DNA of 64,000 nt, from the NCBI GenBank assembly GCA_051294375.1, contig CM119263.1:25387367-25451366 (forward strand), given 5' to 3'. Below, one piece after another: positions 53,046 through 64,000 of the stretch (the first letter of the stretch is position 1; every line of letters starts with the position of its first letter). The DNA comes from Paraspadella gotoi. Taxonomy: Eukaryota > Animalia > Chaetognatha. Both the position numbers and the translations under genes were made by a program. The notes below the pieces were generated by a model. It was not told the origin of the DNA. It worked only from the letters and a program-made list of their open reading frames with translations, and did no database searches.

Positions 53046-53766
53046 AAAACAGACAGAGGGGAAAGGAAAAAAAGTAACGGAATTGAAAGCAGGAGAAAAT
53101 CCGAATAGCAGCGAGAAAAACAAATTTCATAAACACTAGTTAATATTGTCAATCAAAAGAAATTGGTTGACTAATATCTTCCTACCGAAACTTTCCAGCT
53201 CTTTGAGTCTTTCGTCAAGGGACATTTCCTGGAGAGTTTTTTCCCCTGGAGGTCGCGGCTTCGGAGGCTCGTCCTTTTCATATTCTTCTCGACGGTCATC
53301 GCTGTCGTCGTCGTCGTAGCGTTCGCCTCGGCGTTTAGAGATGGGGAAGACGGGTTTTCGTTCGCGCCCCTGCCGCCGAGGATCCGGATCGTAGGGTGAG
53401 ACGGGCGAGGTCGAGGTGGGGGAAGTCGGAGAGGAAGAGAGAGAAAGGGGGGGCGATTCCTGTTCCATTGCGTCTTCCTCCCAGGTTTCCAACCTTGAGG
53501 AGAGAAATAGGGATATAAGAAGGAAGACTAAGACTAAGAGAATCAGAGAGGGCAACAAATCGGCAAATCCAATATCAACAAAGTTCTTTGTAAATTCAAC
53601 GTAAGCAATAAATTTTAGCAAACCTCTGTTTTCTCTCAGAAAAATCCCCATCTCTGATTGGACGCCTGGAGACGAGCTTCTGCCTCTGTCGCGTTGCTAT
53701 TGGTCGCGCTTGGACGAAATCACTATCGTCCAAATAGGCGATGTCCTCTTGGAGGCGGAGATTCAT
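52300..53766 (-). CDS. Orphan low-complexity (Ser/Pro/acidic) protein; exons 53766-53624, 53493-53186, 52521-52421, 52317-52300
   Basis: Phase-consistent GT-AG splicing gives MNLRLQEDIAYLDDSDFVQARP...RKQRLETWEEDAMEQESPPLSLSSSPTSPTSTSPVSPYDPDP...LDERLKELESFDPTLSSALPP...RKSRGRRN*. An acceptor just before the ATG suggests upstream exons, and a further exon at 50419-50528 is possible. Confidence 0.55.
52877..53050 (+). repeat. (GAAA)n microsatellite
   Basis: aagaaagaaagaaag run inside an intron of the orphan gene. Confidence 0.95.
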
Positions 53767-54741
53767 TGCTTAAAGATTAATAAAATTAATAAATAATAAA
53801 TAAACGATTGTTTGATTTTAATATAAACATTCGACAAATATATATGATTATATATATAACATATATGATTAAGAGCCATGGGAATTGATTTCTTTCTTTC
53901 ATCGATATAGAATAAAACCTTAACAAAGAGCAAAATCATTATTATCTTTCGTTTTGGTCAGATTTCCTTTATCCACTGTAAAATGACAACCACAATACAA
54001 TAGATACATCCCCTAAATAATTTTATGATCATAAAAAACCCCAAAAAACAGTTGCATGCACGGATAAACTAGCGGAACTCGGTCGTGGTATATTTCATTA
54101 ATAAATTAGTATTAAGCTGCCTGTTAAGTTTAGGAAATAAAGCGCTGTTCTCCCAGAGAACGCAGGGTGCCCCAGGATCCGACGGTGACAACTGACGTTT
54201 TTTTCCTTTAATTAATGTTTACCAACAAAACATGCGTGACGAAATAGAGAACGACTCACGCGAGGCGCGAAAAAATCGACTCCGCCAACGCTTCATCTCT
54301 TTCACAAACTGACAAAGCTCTTCATTCCTCGGTCACAATAATCGCCTTCGCCAAAATTTATCTCCTTTTATTTTTGTTCCCCGATTTCCTCAATTGGCAC
54401 GTACAGTACATAACTTTTAACGTCGTTTACTAATTATTTTAAGAGCTTTTCGAATCTGGAGAATTCGGTTGAGCGAGGCGTATTAGTTCCCCTTTATCAA
54501 TCTCCGATCGCAGATTCTATTGGCTCCCCGTTCGAAAATGCGGGTGAGTGTGGACGCTGCTCCACCACAAAATACAAAAAAATAATCTAAACGCAGAAAT
54601 TTGGACGAACGAAATAAAACCACGAAATTGTATATCTTGTTGTACAAGGGAAATCGTTAACGTCTGAATTAATGCCAAAACATAAAACAAAGAGAAAAGT
54701 GAAAGTTTAATTGAAAAAAAAAATAACGAGAAAAGTGAAAA

Positions 54742-57700
54742 ATGGCTCGGTTTTTCAGAGGATTAGCTCAGCCTTGTCCCTCGCAGAATCGATGGGACAA
54801 CGAAGATGACGATCATGATCGCGACGACGACGACGAAATCCTGAATTTATCGGGAACACGCGATCTTCAAAGAAGCAAAGATATCTCAAAACAATCTGAT
54901 TGTCGCAGCGGCGACTTCAGATTTCAAGCGGACCATCCTTCGGGTCACAATGGCGCCCCTTTCGAATTTTTCGATCAGCCCTCACCTTTCGAAGAAATCT
55001 ATCAAGACACTGATTCCTCTGTGGACGGAGAATCGAGCATGATGTCGACAACTTCCCCGCCGTCATCGACGGCCCACTCGGGCCCTTCAAGCACCACTTC
55101 ATTCAACGATTCTTCTGACGTAGGTATGATTGTTGCAAATACGCGTTAAAATAAAATTATATTTTGGTAGACCAAAAGAAAAAATGTTGAAGAAGCAAAA
55201 CTTAAACTCCATCTTCAAATCCCTGCTGGTTCTCGGTTTAATTTGGGAAGACTCTTCTACACTCCGCAACACTTTAAAAAGAGACAAAACTTTCTTTATA
55301 AAGATCGCGTACAGCGTTTCAAGTCACTTAGCCAATAGCCATGTTTACTTAGTTTTTTTCGTTTCCTTTCAAAATATTTTTCTGATTCACCGCGCGCGGT
55401 GGAGTTATGGAAGCAGGGGCGGGAAGTGCCTCGATCCCCCTCCGGTGAGACCGACAATTTTATTTGCTGAGAACGAAATATTCTGTTTACACGCAGTTAA
55501 AGACAAAACAAAGTATTACCGACTCGACTCGGTGCGCGCGGTTTATTTTTTTTGGTTGATTCTCCCCCCCCTTTTGTAAAAATTCTCACTATAAATTGAT
55601 TTTGCCAATTATATTTCATCGATTTTTCTCTCCAAAGGCTCCACCTCCGGCAGCATTGTTCGAAGTATCGCCGAGAGGTTCGAGCCTCTTCGGGCGGAGG
55701 GAATCAAAAAAGTTTCTCTCAGCCCAAAGAACCAACGAAGTCTACGAAAGAAGACATCTCCGTCACCGAAATCGACGACTCGTCACGTGGGAGTTGACGA
55801 CGCAACGACGCCTGGCTATACTCCTATTTCAGATTACTCGTCCTCATCGATGGCCGTGTCAGCCAAAGGGGCGCAATCCTCCGAACTCGGCGTCGCCAAT
55901 GCAGACGGAGCCACAGTTCGTCGCAAACCTCGACTGCTGCGAGGAACATCGGGCAGTGCAGACATGCTCTTTAGCGCCGTGGCACAACTCTACAGCATCC
56001 ACGACTTCGAACTGACGCATATAGGATCCGGATTCTATGGAGACGTTTACAAAGCTGTTCATTTCGAGACTGAAGAAGTAATGGTGTTGAAAAAGAATAA
56101 GTTTAAAGGTAAGTTCATAATAATACATTTCTGGCCCAAAAAACCGTCACTTCAATTTCAAATGCTCATGACACAGGAAACGCTAAATTCGTCCTAAATG
56201 AGATTGAGCTGTTGCACAAACTCAGCCATAAAAACATCCTTCGCCATTTGGGCGCCTGCGTAGAAGGAGGTACCCTGCATCCCCTTACAGAGTTTATTGA
56301 CGGAGGTGACCTGGAGCATCTGTTACAGGTGTAAAAAGCATGTTTTTTTTTAGTAATTCATAGTTAATTTTATAATATTATGCTTTTATAAGTAAAGTTT
56401 TTGGACAAGATTCTTTTTTTTTCATAGTTTTTTTTATATTTCGGAAGACAAATTTACTGTAACTTTCTTTACTTCTACGGTTCTTATCCTTAATCCAAAT
56501 AGGGACCAGAACCACTGACGTGGAAATCACGCATAAACCTTTGCGCCGACATCACTTCCGGGATGTCTTATCTTCATTCGCAAAATTTCCTTCATAGAGA
56601 CTTAACGTCAAAAAACTGCCTAATACGCCGGCCGTTATACGGCCCTAATGACTGCAGTCCACTGTTTGGGATTCAAACATACGACTACGATGTGAAAGAT
56701 AACGATAAGGACAACTATCGACTGCAAGCAGTGATTTGCGACTACGGATTAGCGACTAAAATTCCTGACCCGAAGTGCAAAGTTGTCAAGAGACTTTCCA
56801 TTAAGGGACATCCTTATTGGATGTCTCCCGAGTGCATGACGGGCAAAGATTACAACCAGGTAAACAGGCTTTCATAATATGAAGCTTCAGTTTGAATAAT
56901 CGTATAATTGTAATTCCACCTAGATGCCAATTTAAGTTAATCATAATATTCTTTTCATCAACTAATCGTTATTTTGAAATCAAAATTTACTTAAATAAAC
57001 TGCAGGCCCAGTGTGAATAAAAATAGTTTGGGTAAAATTGTACATTCACTGTTCAGTATCATCCCAGTCGGTGATTTTTTTTTTTTTTTGCTTTTTATAA
57101 ACACAAACGCAAAAAATTTTTTTAGCGCAAAAAAAAAGAAGCTTTTCCAATATCAGACTAACCACTCAGGCGAAGTGAAAGTTTCCGATCAAAATTTGAA
57201 TAGTTGATCATTAAAGCCTTGTACTAAAGATCGATATATAAAAAAAATTGTTTTTTAATTTCTTAATTTTCGAATTAGTATTCACCATAAAAAAATTTAA
57301 TTAAAGGTTAATTATATTAAGATAAGATTTTGACCCACTTAATGAAATAATTTTCTAAATTATCAACTTTTCTTGAGGAATTCGAATCTGCATTCAAAAA
57401 TAAGAAAATTTTGATATTTTTTACTGAAGTTTGGTACAACAAAAAAAACAATATCTAATTATTATACAGGGAGGTCCAGCTCTTTTAGGACTAAATTAAA
57501 CAATCGTTTGGACAGAATGCTATTCCTGTCACTTTTGCCGCTATCAGAAAGTCAACAGTTCTGGAGGGGATACGTGGGACATCCTGCTTCTCTATCCTAC
57601 ATTTTCAATAATCAGGGAGATTGCAGTAAAAAAAAAAACTGCGCGGTCAAAAATCAGGAGTTATCATTCTTCAATTTGATTTTGCAAAAATTTTACAAAC

Positions 57701-58352
57701 TTTTATTAAAAACTGGCGCGAAAAAATATAACATACAAAAAGGATCAATTACAATAGTTGCTATTGGATTTTTAAATTTTTTTTTTATTGATCGAAAAAA
57801 AAATTAATCTAATTTCCAAATATAATCTCTTTTTTTTTATCATAAACAGTTTTTCTGCAGTGAGCAGCTGAAGTTAGGCCCATTAAAGCTGGACCTTCCT
57901 GTACAAAAGAATAAAAAATAAACAACCGGTTAGGTTTCGGTCGGTGAATGTAAAATTATGCCAATAATTTACGTAGTTTAACGAGATTCGTACAAATATC
58001 ATATTCCAATAAAAAGTCCAGCGACGTTTTCTCCTTTGGAATCATTCTTTGTGAGTTTCTCACCCGACAAGAGGCCGATCCCGATATCTTGACGCGCACT
58101 CACGAATTCGGCCTCGACGCCGATAACCTCCGCAGACTCATCCAAAAAGAACAGGTAATTTCCAACTGTTCCGATTATTCGCTTAAAATTCGTACGTATT
58201 TAAAATGTATACTATTGGACATGCAGACCCCCCCACCAGAGCAGTTGGTCAATCTGGCAATACTCTGCTGCGACTTAAATCCAAAGGCGCGGGCCTCTTT
58301 CAAAGACCTGACGAAGATCCTCAAAGATCTGATTCAAAATTGTCAGACTTAA
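54742..58352 (+). CDS. TESK/LIMK (LISK family) protein kinase, TESK/cdi-like, 541 aa; exons 54742-55123, 55638-56108, 56177-56328, 56503-56859, 58017-58154, 58227-58352
   Basis: IGSGFYGDVYK; VMVLK; LSHKNILRHLGACV..LHPLTEFIDGGDLEHLL; the TESK-type HRDLTSKNCL; DYGLA; GHPYWMSPE; DVFSFGIILCE..ADPDILTRTHEFGLD; LAILCCDLNPKARASF. Confidence 0.9.
57467..57901. mobile_element. Tc1/mariner-type MITE in kinase intron 4 (435 bp)
   Basis: TA | cagggaggtccagctcttttaggactaaatt ... aagttaggcccattaaagctggaccttcctg | TA: ~30-bp imperfect TIRs starting CAGG with TA target-site duplication. Confidence 0.85.
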
Positions 58353-58663
58353 ATTATTATCATTACTACTGTTTGCAAAAAATAATATATTACCAAATAA
58401 TATTTATTTTGTAATTTATATTTCGAAACAAATCAACAAGTTTTTTCATGTTGAAGTTATAATCATTTCTAGAAAAAATTTATTCAGCCGTTTGCTAAAT
58501 TTCTTTCTTCTTTTCTTCCTCATTTTAATCCTAATAATTAACAGATTATATTCAAACAACAACCGTTTAGTTCCAACTTTGACAAGGTTTAAAATTTAAA
58601 AAAATGTGGAGTGAAAAAATTCCTAAGGGAAAACAAGAACCACATATGCAAAAGATATAAGCA

Positions 58664-61600
58664 TCAAAGTTTTTCCTCCTTCGATTTGACCCTTCGGTGA
58701 ACCCCCATTGGCACCGCAGTGACCCTCAGTGTTTTTCCCGCAGCCGCCGCCTTTTCCGAGGCAGTTTTCCTCTCAACAGCTGCCGCTGCCGCCTTTTCCG
58801 CAGCCGCTCTTCGTTCGGCCGCCGACGCTCGAGCGTGCTTGGGCAAGGCCGGCGGTGGAGCAGATGGGCGCGTCGGTTTTCGTTCCAGCGATTCCTTCGA
58901 GGTTTCCTCGGTCGCTCGAGCAGACTCCAAAAGCGTCACCTTGCGTCCGTTATCATCTAAGTAAATATCTTCCTTCGATGCTGTCAAATTGCCGAAGTCA
59001 GAATCTCCTCGAAGAAGCCGCCGCTGGTCCACCGGCGTCAATTCGGAAAATCGGCGTAGCAAATCTTCATGTTGCAGAGATTCGCCCAAAACGATGGAGT
59101 GGCGTTGAAGGGAGTGATGAGACGATAAAGGCGCCGTCGAGGTTGCAGGGTCGAGTGAGAATGAAGACTCCCGAGAGATGGAAGAACCGCGTGACCAAGA
59201 GGATTCCTTGGAAAGATCGTTAACTCCGGAGGTTCTCGAGAGTCGGCCTGCGAATTCTTCCTCGGAGATGAGGAGATACCGTGTCATCTCCTCATCGGAA
59301 GGAAGGACTGCGCGTTGAAGGAAATATTGAGGGATGTATGGTAGTGAATTTCAAAACGCGAAAAGTTTCCGTCGGCGGAAGCGGCGGCAAAAGGGGAATT
59401 AAAACGTTTAGGAAAAGAGAAACGGGAATAAAAAAAGGGGGTTCACCTTAGTGTCATAACGCAAGAAAAAAAACCCACATCAACACAAAATAAAACCACT
59501 CTGACTCAGGAAAAGTTATGGGGAAAATGCAAACATCAAAATGGGTGAGATTCACGACAAGACTGAATCGACTAGTGCCCAGGCATTTACTTTGTGTCAC
59601 AGTTTAAATTCAAAATTTGAAACGGCTACGTCTCAGTAAATTATTAATAAATGACAATGCTAAATAGTTAGAATAAAAAATTATGGGGATGAAAAAAATG
59701 ATATGAGAAAAGATTTGTTGTGTACCGTTTAAATTGTCTGTTCAAATGGTTTGCTACTAGGTTTGGAATATATGGGAGCCCCTGGGATGCTGACAAGTGA
59801 ACGAAGTCGGATCCCTCCGCACCCGCAGCAACTCCGATCTGCTGCATATTCCAGAAGTCCGGGGAGGACGATTTTTCGCGCCACTCCGAAGGCGTTGACC
59901 TATCCCGTGGACGCAAATGTGATACGTCAAACTCGGGGGCAATGGCTTGAGCACGCATCGAACGTGAGCGTGGTAGAGAATTCCTTTGCGAATCGAAGTT
60001 GCGGATTAGCAAGTGCTTTGCGAGTTTTTGGTCCCAATCTTCAGCTTTAGCTTTGGGCTTGATCACTTGTCCGCCGAAACTTAGAGATGCTTTTGTGGGC
60101 TTCTCTGATTTTTTGTTAGAGTCGCTCGCATCAATTTGGTTAGCGAACAAAAGACGTGAATCTTTTGTGAATGATGAAAGGCGAGGATGACAATAATATT
60201 GATAAGAAAAAAAGAAACAGGATATAAAAGACGATGTGTATTAAAAAAATAGGATTATTATTCCACTCCGTCACCGGCAAGTTTCGCGTGAATCAAGAAA
60301 CATGCTTAATAAAACCCAAGAAAATAAGCGAGCTCTATAGCAATGAGTAAACCTACCCGGATAATAACGATATTGGCTCAGGAAAGGGTTTTCTTGCCCT
60401 GTCAGATATGAAATCGCCGATCAAGAAAATAACCGAGACGAACCGAGAAAAAAAAATCCCAACTGATTCTGACCTAGAAAATCCAGTTTTGGATCGGCTG
60501 AAAGTGGATAAAGTTACGCTTCAATTCGAGATCGTCTTACTTTTAGTTTTAAGAAAAAACTTTTCGCCGATAGAGGAGTTAAAAGTGTACCGAAAACCAA
60601 AGTATCGGTACTTTAGAATTTTCTCTTTTTTTTTCATTTTTTATTGTACCATCTAGTCAAAAAGTATATCACTTAGTTGGTAAAAAGTTTATTAATTTTA
60701 AAAAAATATAAAAAACATTAATAAATCATACTCAATATTCGGTATGCTCTCCTTTAACATCAACTACTGTCTGCATTCATGCTTCTTAATCTTCCAGAAC
60801 AAAGAGTCACGTCAAATGAATTTGATTTGTTATATAACAGTCAGAATTTTAAAACAATAGAATGACTGAGTCCAAATCTATTGCGGATAAATTGTTTAAT
60901 ATTTTTCTCTATTCTTAGAGCTACAATTGCAGCTTTAAAAAGCAAAAAAAGTACGGTACTTTTATCATAACCAAATAAAAAAAAATTTAAAAAATAATTC
61001 AAAATAAAAATAACTTAAACTGCTGAATAAAAATTTAATATAGATTTTAAAACATTCTAAAAATGTGATATACTCTCAGCCAAGATGGTAGCTCATTAAG
61101 CTGGGCTTTCCTTTCACCCTCTTTCCACAGATTAGTCGAGTTCAGTCATTTCGTTTATTTTAAAAGGGGTAAATTTATCGACCACAGCAAAATGAAATAA
61201 ATAGCTGAGTTCAAAATGGTAATTCTATCGTTCTTACCTTCCTCCGAATCTAAAGCGTTGCTTCTTGGCCTTCTCGCCTGCACTAAAGCCAAATCGTTGT
61301 CATATCTTGGAGGATCATCCTCCTGTATCAAGAAGAGGAACCAATACTAGTCGCTAATAATTTTTCTGAAACTGGGTCCTTGAGTCGTTCATAATCAGTA
61401 ACAAAACTGAAGTTAACTTATATATCTGTATCAGAATACTTCTTACGTCGGTAATTTCCGTAATGGTGACATCGCTGGTGCTGTAAGATCTTCTAAACTG
61501 GTCTAGCATCACAGGACCCTATGTAAAAATAATACTTTTGTTATAAATAACATTTAATTTCGAGTGTACCATCACAAAAGGTGTACCTTCGTCGCGGCTT

Positions 61601-62294
61601 GCACTGCCAAGTTGGTTGCATAACTAATACCTTTAGCTCCTAAGGTAAGGACAGCCGAATATCCTTGTTCCTTCGCCTAAAGAAAAAAAAATTACTGTCA
61701 TAACGTTGCGCTTTACCTTGTCACAGATGACTAAATAAACAATGAACATTGAACAAGGTGGACGCAAGATTTGTAGAAAAAATCAAAAGACGAAAATTTA
61801 ATCTTAATTAAATGACCATCAATTTCATTTCATATTGTGTAATGTCACAGAAAGCGAATTGCTTGAGCACCATTCTTTTTTAAATATCCCTTCATTAAGG
61901 TTATTCTACGTACTCTCAATACCTCTTACGATTGGAAAATATTACTTTTTTTCTCGTTCAAATAAACCAGAAATTGGCGCAGTTTACCTTTGAGATCATG
62001 TCATCAATTTCATTCTCCTTCTTTACGAGAGTTGGATGAACAAATTTGCGATATAAAAACGATGAGCCGTTGGTGTATGGCGATAGCAACCATACAACAA
62101 AAATAACTTTAATTTCGTAATAAAATGGAAGCCTGTTGATAAAATAGCAGCACGTTCAATATCTCTTTTAGTCTGACGATGCCTTTTAACGAATTTATCA
62201 TTGATAATTTTTCTCACCAAGAAATAAAAATATCGGCGAATGTTTCAGCAGATGTAAACAAAGCAAACACTATCCAGTACATCATCCATTTTAC
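58664..62294 (-). CDS. REEP1-4 subfamily ER-shaping protein (TB2/DP1/HVA22), 5'-incomplete; exons 62294-62218, 62132-61988, 61676-61587, 61518-61447, 61322-61238, 60398-60357 (tentative), then 60161-59668 and/or 59307-58664
   Basis: [121 protein letters not shown] matches the REEP1-4 core. I did not find the first coding exons; they probably lie beyond 64000. Confidence 0.9.
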
Positions 62295-62566
62295 CTAAAG
62301 GCAAACAAATATATGAAAATATAATCTACTCTCGGTATATATCATAATACTAGGATAGAGGTTCCATACTGTTTCAAATATGCGTACCATATATTTTATT
62401 AAACGCCCAAGACAGTATAGTACTCATTTTAAATTTTCAAAATTAGTGATCGCGCCAGACGTTACTATCTGTCTTTCTCTCTCTCACCATTTTCACTTCT
62501 TTTCATAACTTATGCGCAAAAGCGTTACAATATCGTCGCAAACGCTAAGCGATTGAGACGATAAAA

Positions 62567-62670
62567 ATAGAAAAGAAAGAAAGAATAGAAAGGAAAAAGA
62601 ATAGAAAGGAAAGAAAGAATAGAAAGGAAAGAAAGAATAGAAAGGAAAGAAAAAATAGAAAGGAAAGAGA
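62567..62670 (+). repeat. 18-bp purine-rich tandem repeat
   Basis: About 5 units of aagaatagaaaggaaaga. Confidence 0.8.
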
Positions 62671-63485
62671 AGCCAAATCGTTTTCGGACGAATCAGCAGC
62701 GGGAGCAGAAGAGGCACCCAGAAAAAAAAGAAAGAAATCAAAAAGCAGCAGCAAAAGCAGCAGGAGAAAAGAGAGAAAAAGAATAAGCCACTGCAGACTC
62801 GTTTTTTTCCCTTATGAATCAGTGACTAGGGAAATGAGAGAGGGAGAGAGACATATAATTAAAAGAAAAAAGAGAGAGAGAAAGAAATATAAAAATAAAA
62901 GAGAAAATTTGTTTGTTTTGATAAAACGTAAACAAAAAATATTTAATAACTGTCCTGACTCAATTTTAAGGACATCGATGATGAGAAGCTTTATATAAAT
63001 TTTCAGCTTCATACACCCAAATTTAATCATTGTAAAGTCCAGACGACCGTAACTCAGATGCTCTTTTAATAAAGGAGATATCGACATTCGTCTCTTTCTC
63101 TCTTTTGCGGTCATTCCAGATTTTGCTCTGAAACGGGACTCTTCTCTAAAATAATAAACGTTCATGGATTTGTTTATTTATTTACTATTGCTTTGATTAA
63201 TTAGTTAGTATTTCATTATTGTCTGTATGAATATCTATATGCTTTGATTATTTTATTAAGGTACCATTAAATATCAAGACTCCAAGTGGATAAGAAACTT
63301 TATTATAAACTTTACGGCGCCAGCGGTCCCGGTTTTTAGTCAAGTTTCTCTCCCGACGTCTTCTCCCTCTCCGCTAGGTCGAGGAGGGGGTTCTTTCATC
63401 ATCAAAAAGGCGATCTATAATTTGGAACGCCAACGACGACGACAACGACGCTACTTGTGCAAAACCACAATATCGTCGCAAACGC

Positions 63486-63780
63486 GATGATAACGAATGA
63501 TTGATGCGATGATAACCAATTTTTTTATTGATGCGATGATAACGAATTATTGACTGATAGTATGGTAGCAAATGATTGATTGATTGATGGAATGATAAAA
63601 ATTTATTGATAAATATGATGATAACAAATGTTTGATTGATGGGATAATAATGAATGACTGATTGATTATTGATGAGGTGATAACGAATTAATGATGAGAT
63701 AACGAATTATTGATGCGATAACAAATTATTGATACGGTGATACCAAATTACTGATGCGATTATAAGAAATCATTGATAGG
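63486..63780 (+). repeat. Degenerate tandem minisatellite
   Basis: Recurrent gatgataacgaattattgatgc units. Confidence 0.7.
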
Positions 63781-64000
63781 AAAACGAATAAAAAATATAA
63801 TGAAAGAATAAAATGAAATAAAATACATTGAAAGAAATGAAGAAAGAGTGAAAGAAAGAGAAAGAAAGAAAATGAGAAAAAGAAAAAAAAAAGAGAGAGA
63901 GAATGAGGTCCAGCCGCTGCAGAGCTCAACTCGTTTTTGGACGAATCACAAAAAGCAGCAGTTACTTATAATGTGAAGGGAATTCAAACAAAAATATTTA

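Overview
This is eukaryotic, intron-rich genomic DNA, most likely from an invertebrate metazoan. Exons are GC-rich, introns AT-rich, and (ACG)n, (AG)n, (AATC)n and (GAAA)n microsatellites are abundant. By manual splicing I recover: an acid ceramidase (ASAH1-like) with an intronless CDS; a 3-exon secreted Gly-rich/Cys-rich orphan gene; an ankyrin-repeat gene; an OATP/SLCO4-like transporter; a divergent class-2 DYRK kinase with a 10-Cys insert; an orphan low-complexity gene; a divergent TESK/LIMK-family kinase; and the 3' part of a REEP1-4 gene. There is also an intact tRNA-Phe(GAA), tRNA-Phe fragments, two TIR MITEs, a hammerhead-like inverted repeat and an intronic repeat family. About 10 kb (12.4-22.6 kb vs 22.6-32.4 kb) appears twice around a 25-N gap with indel noise, most likely a long-read gap-filling artefact. 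Frameshifts in this assembly should therefore not be read as biology. All homology calls are from recalled motifs; no searches were run.
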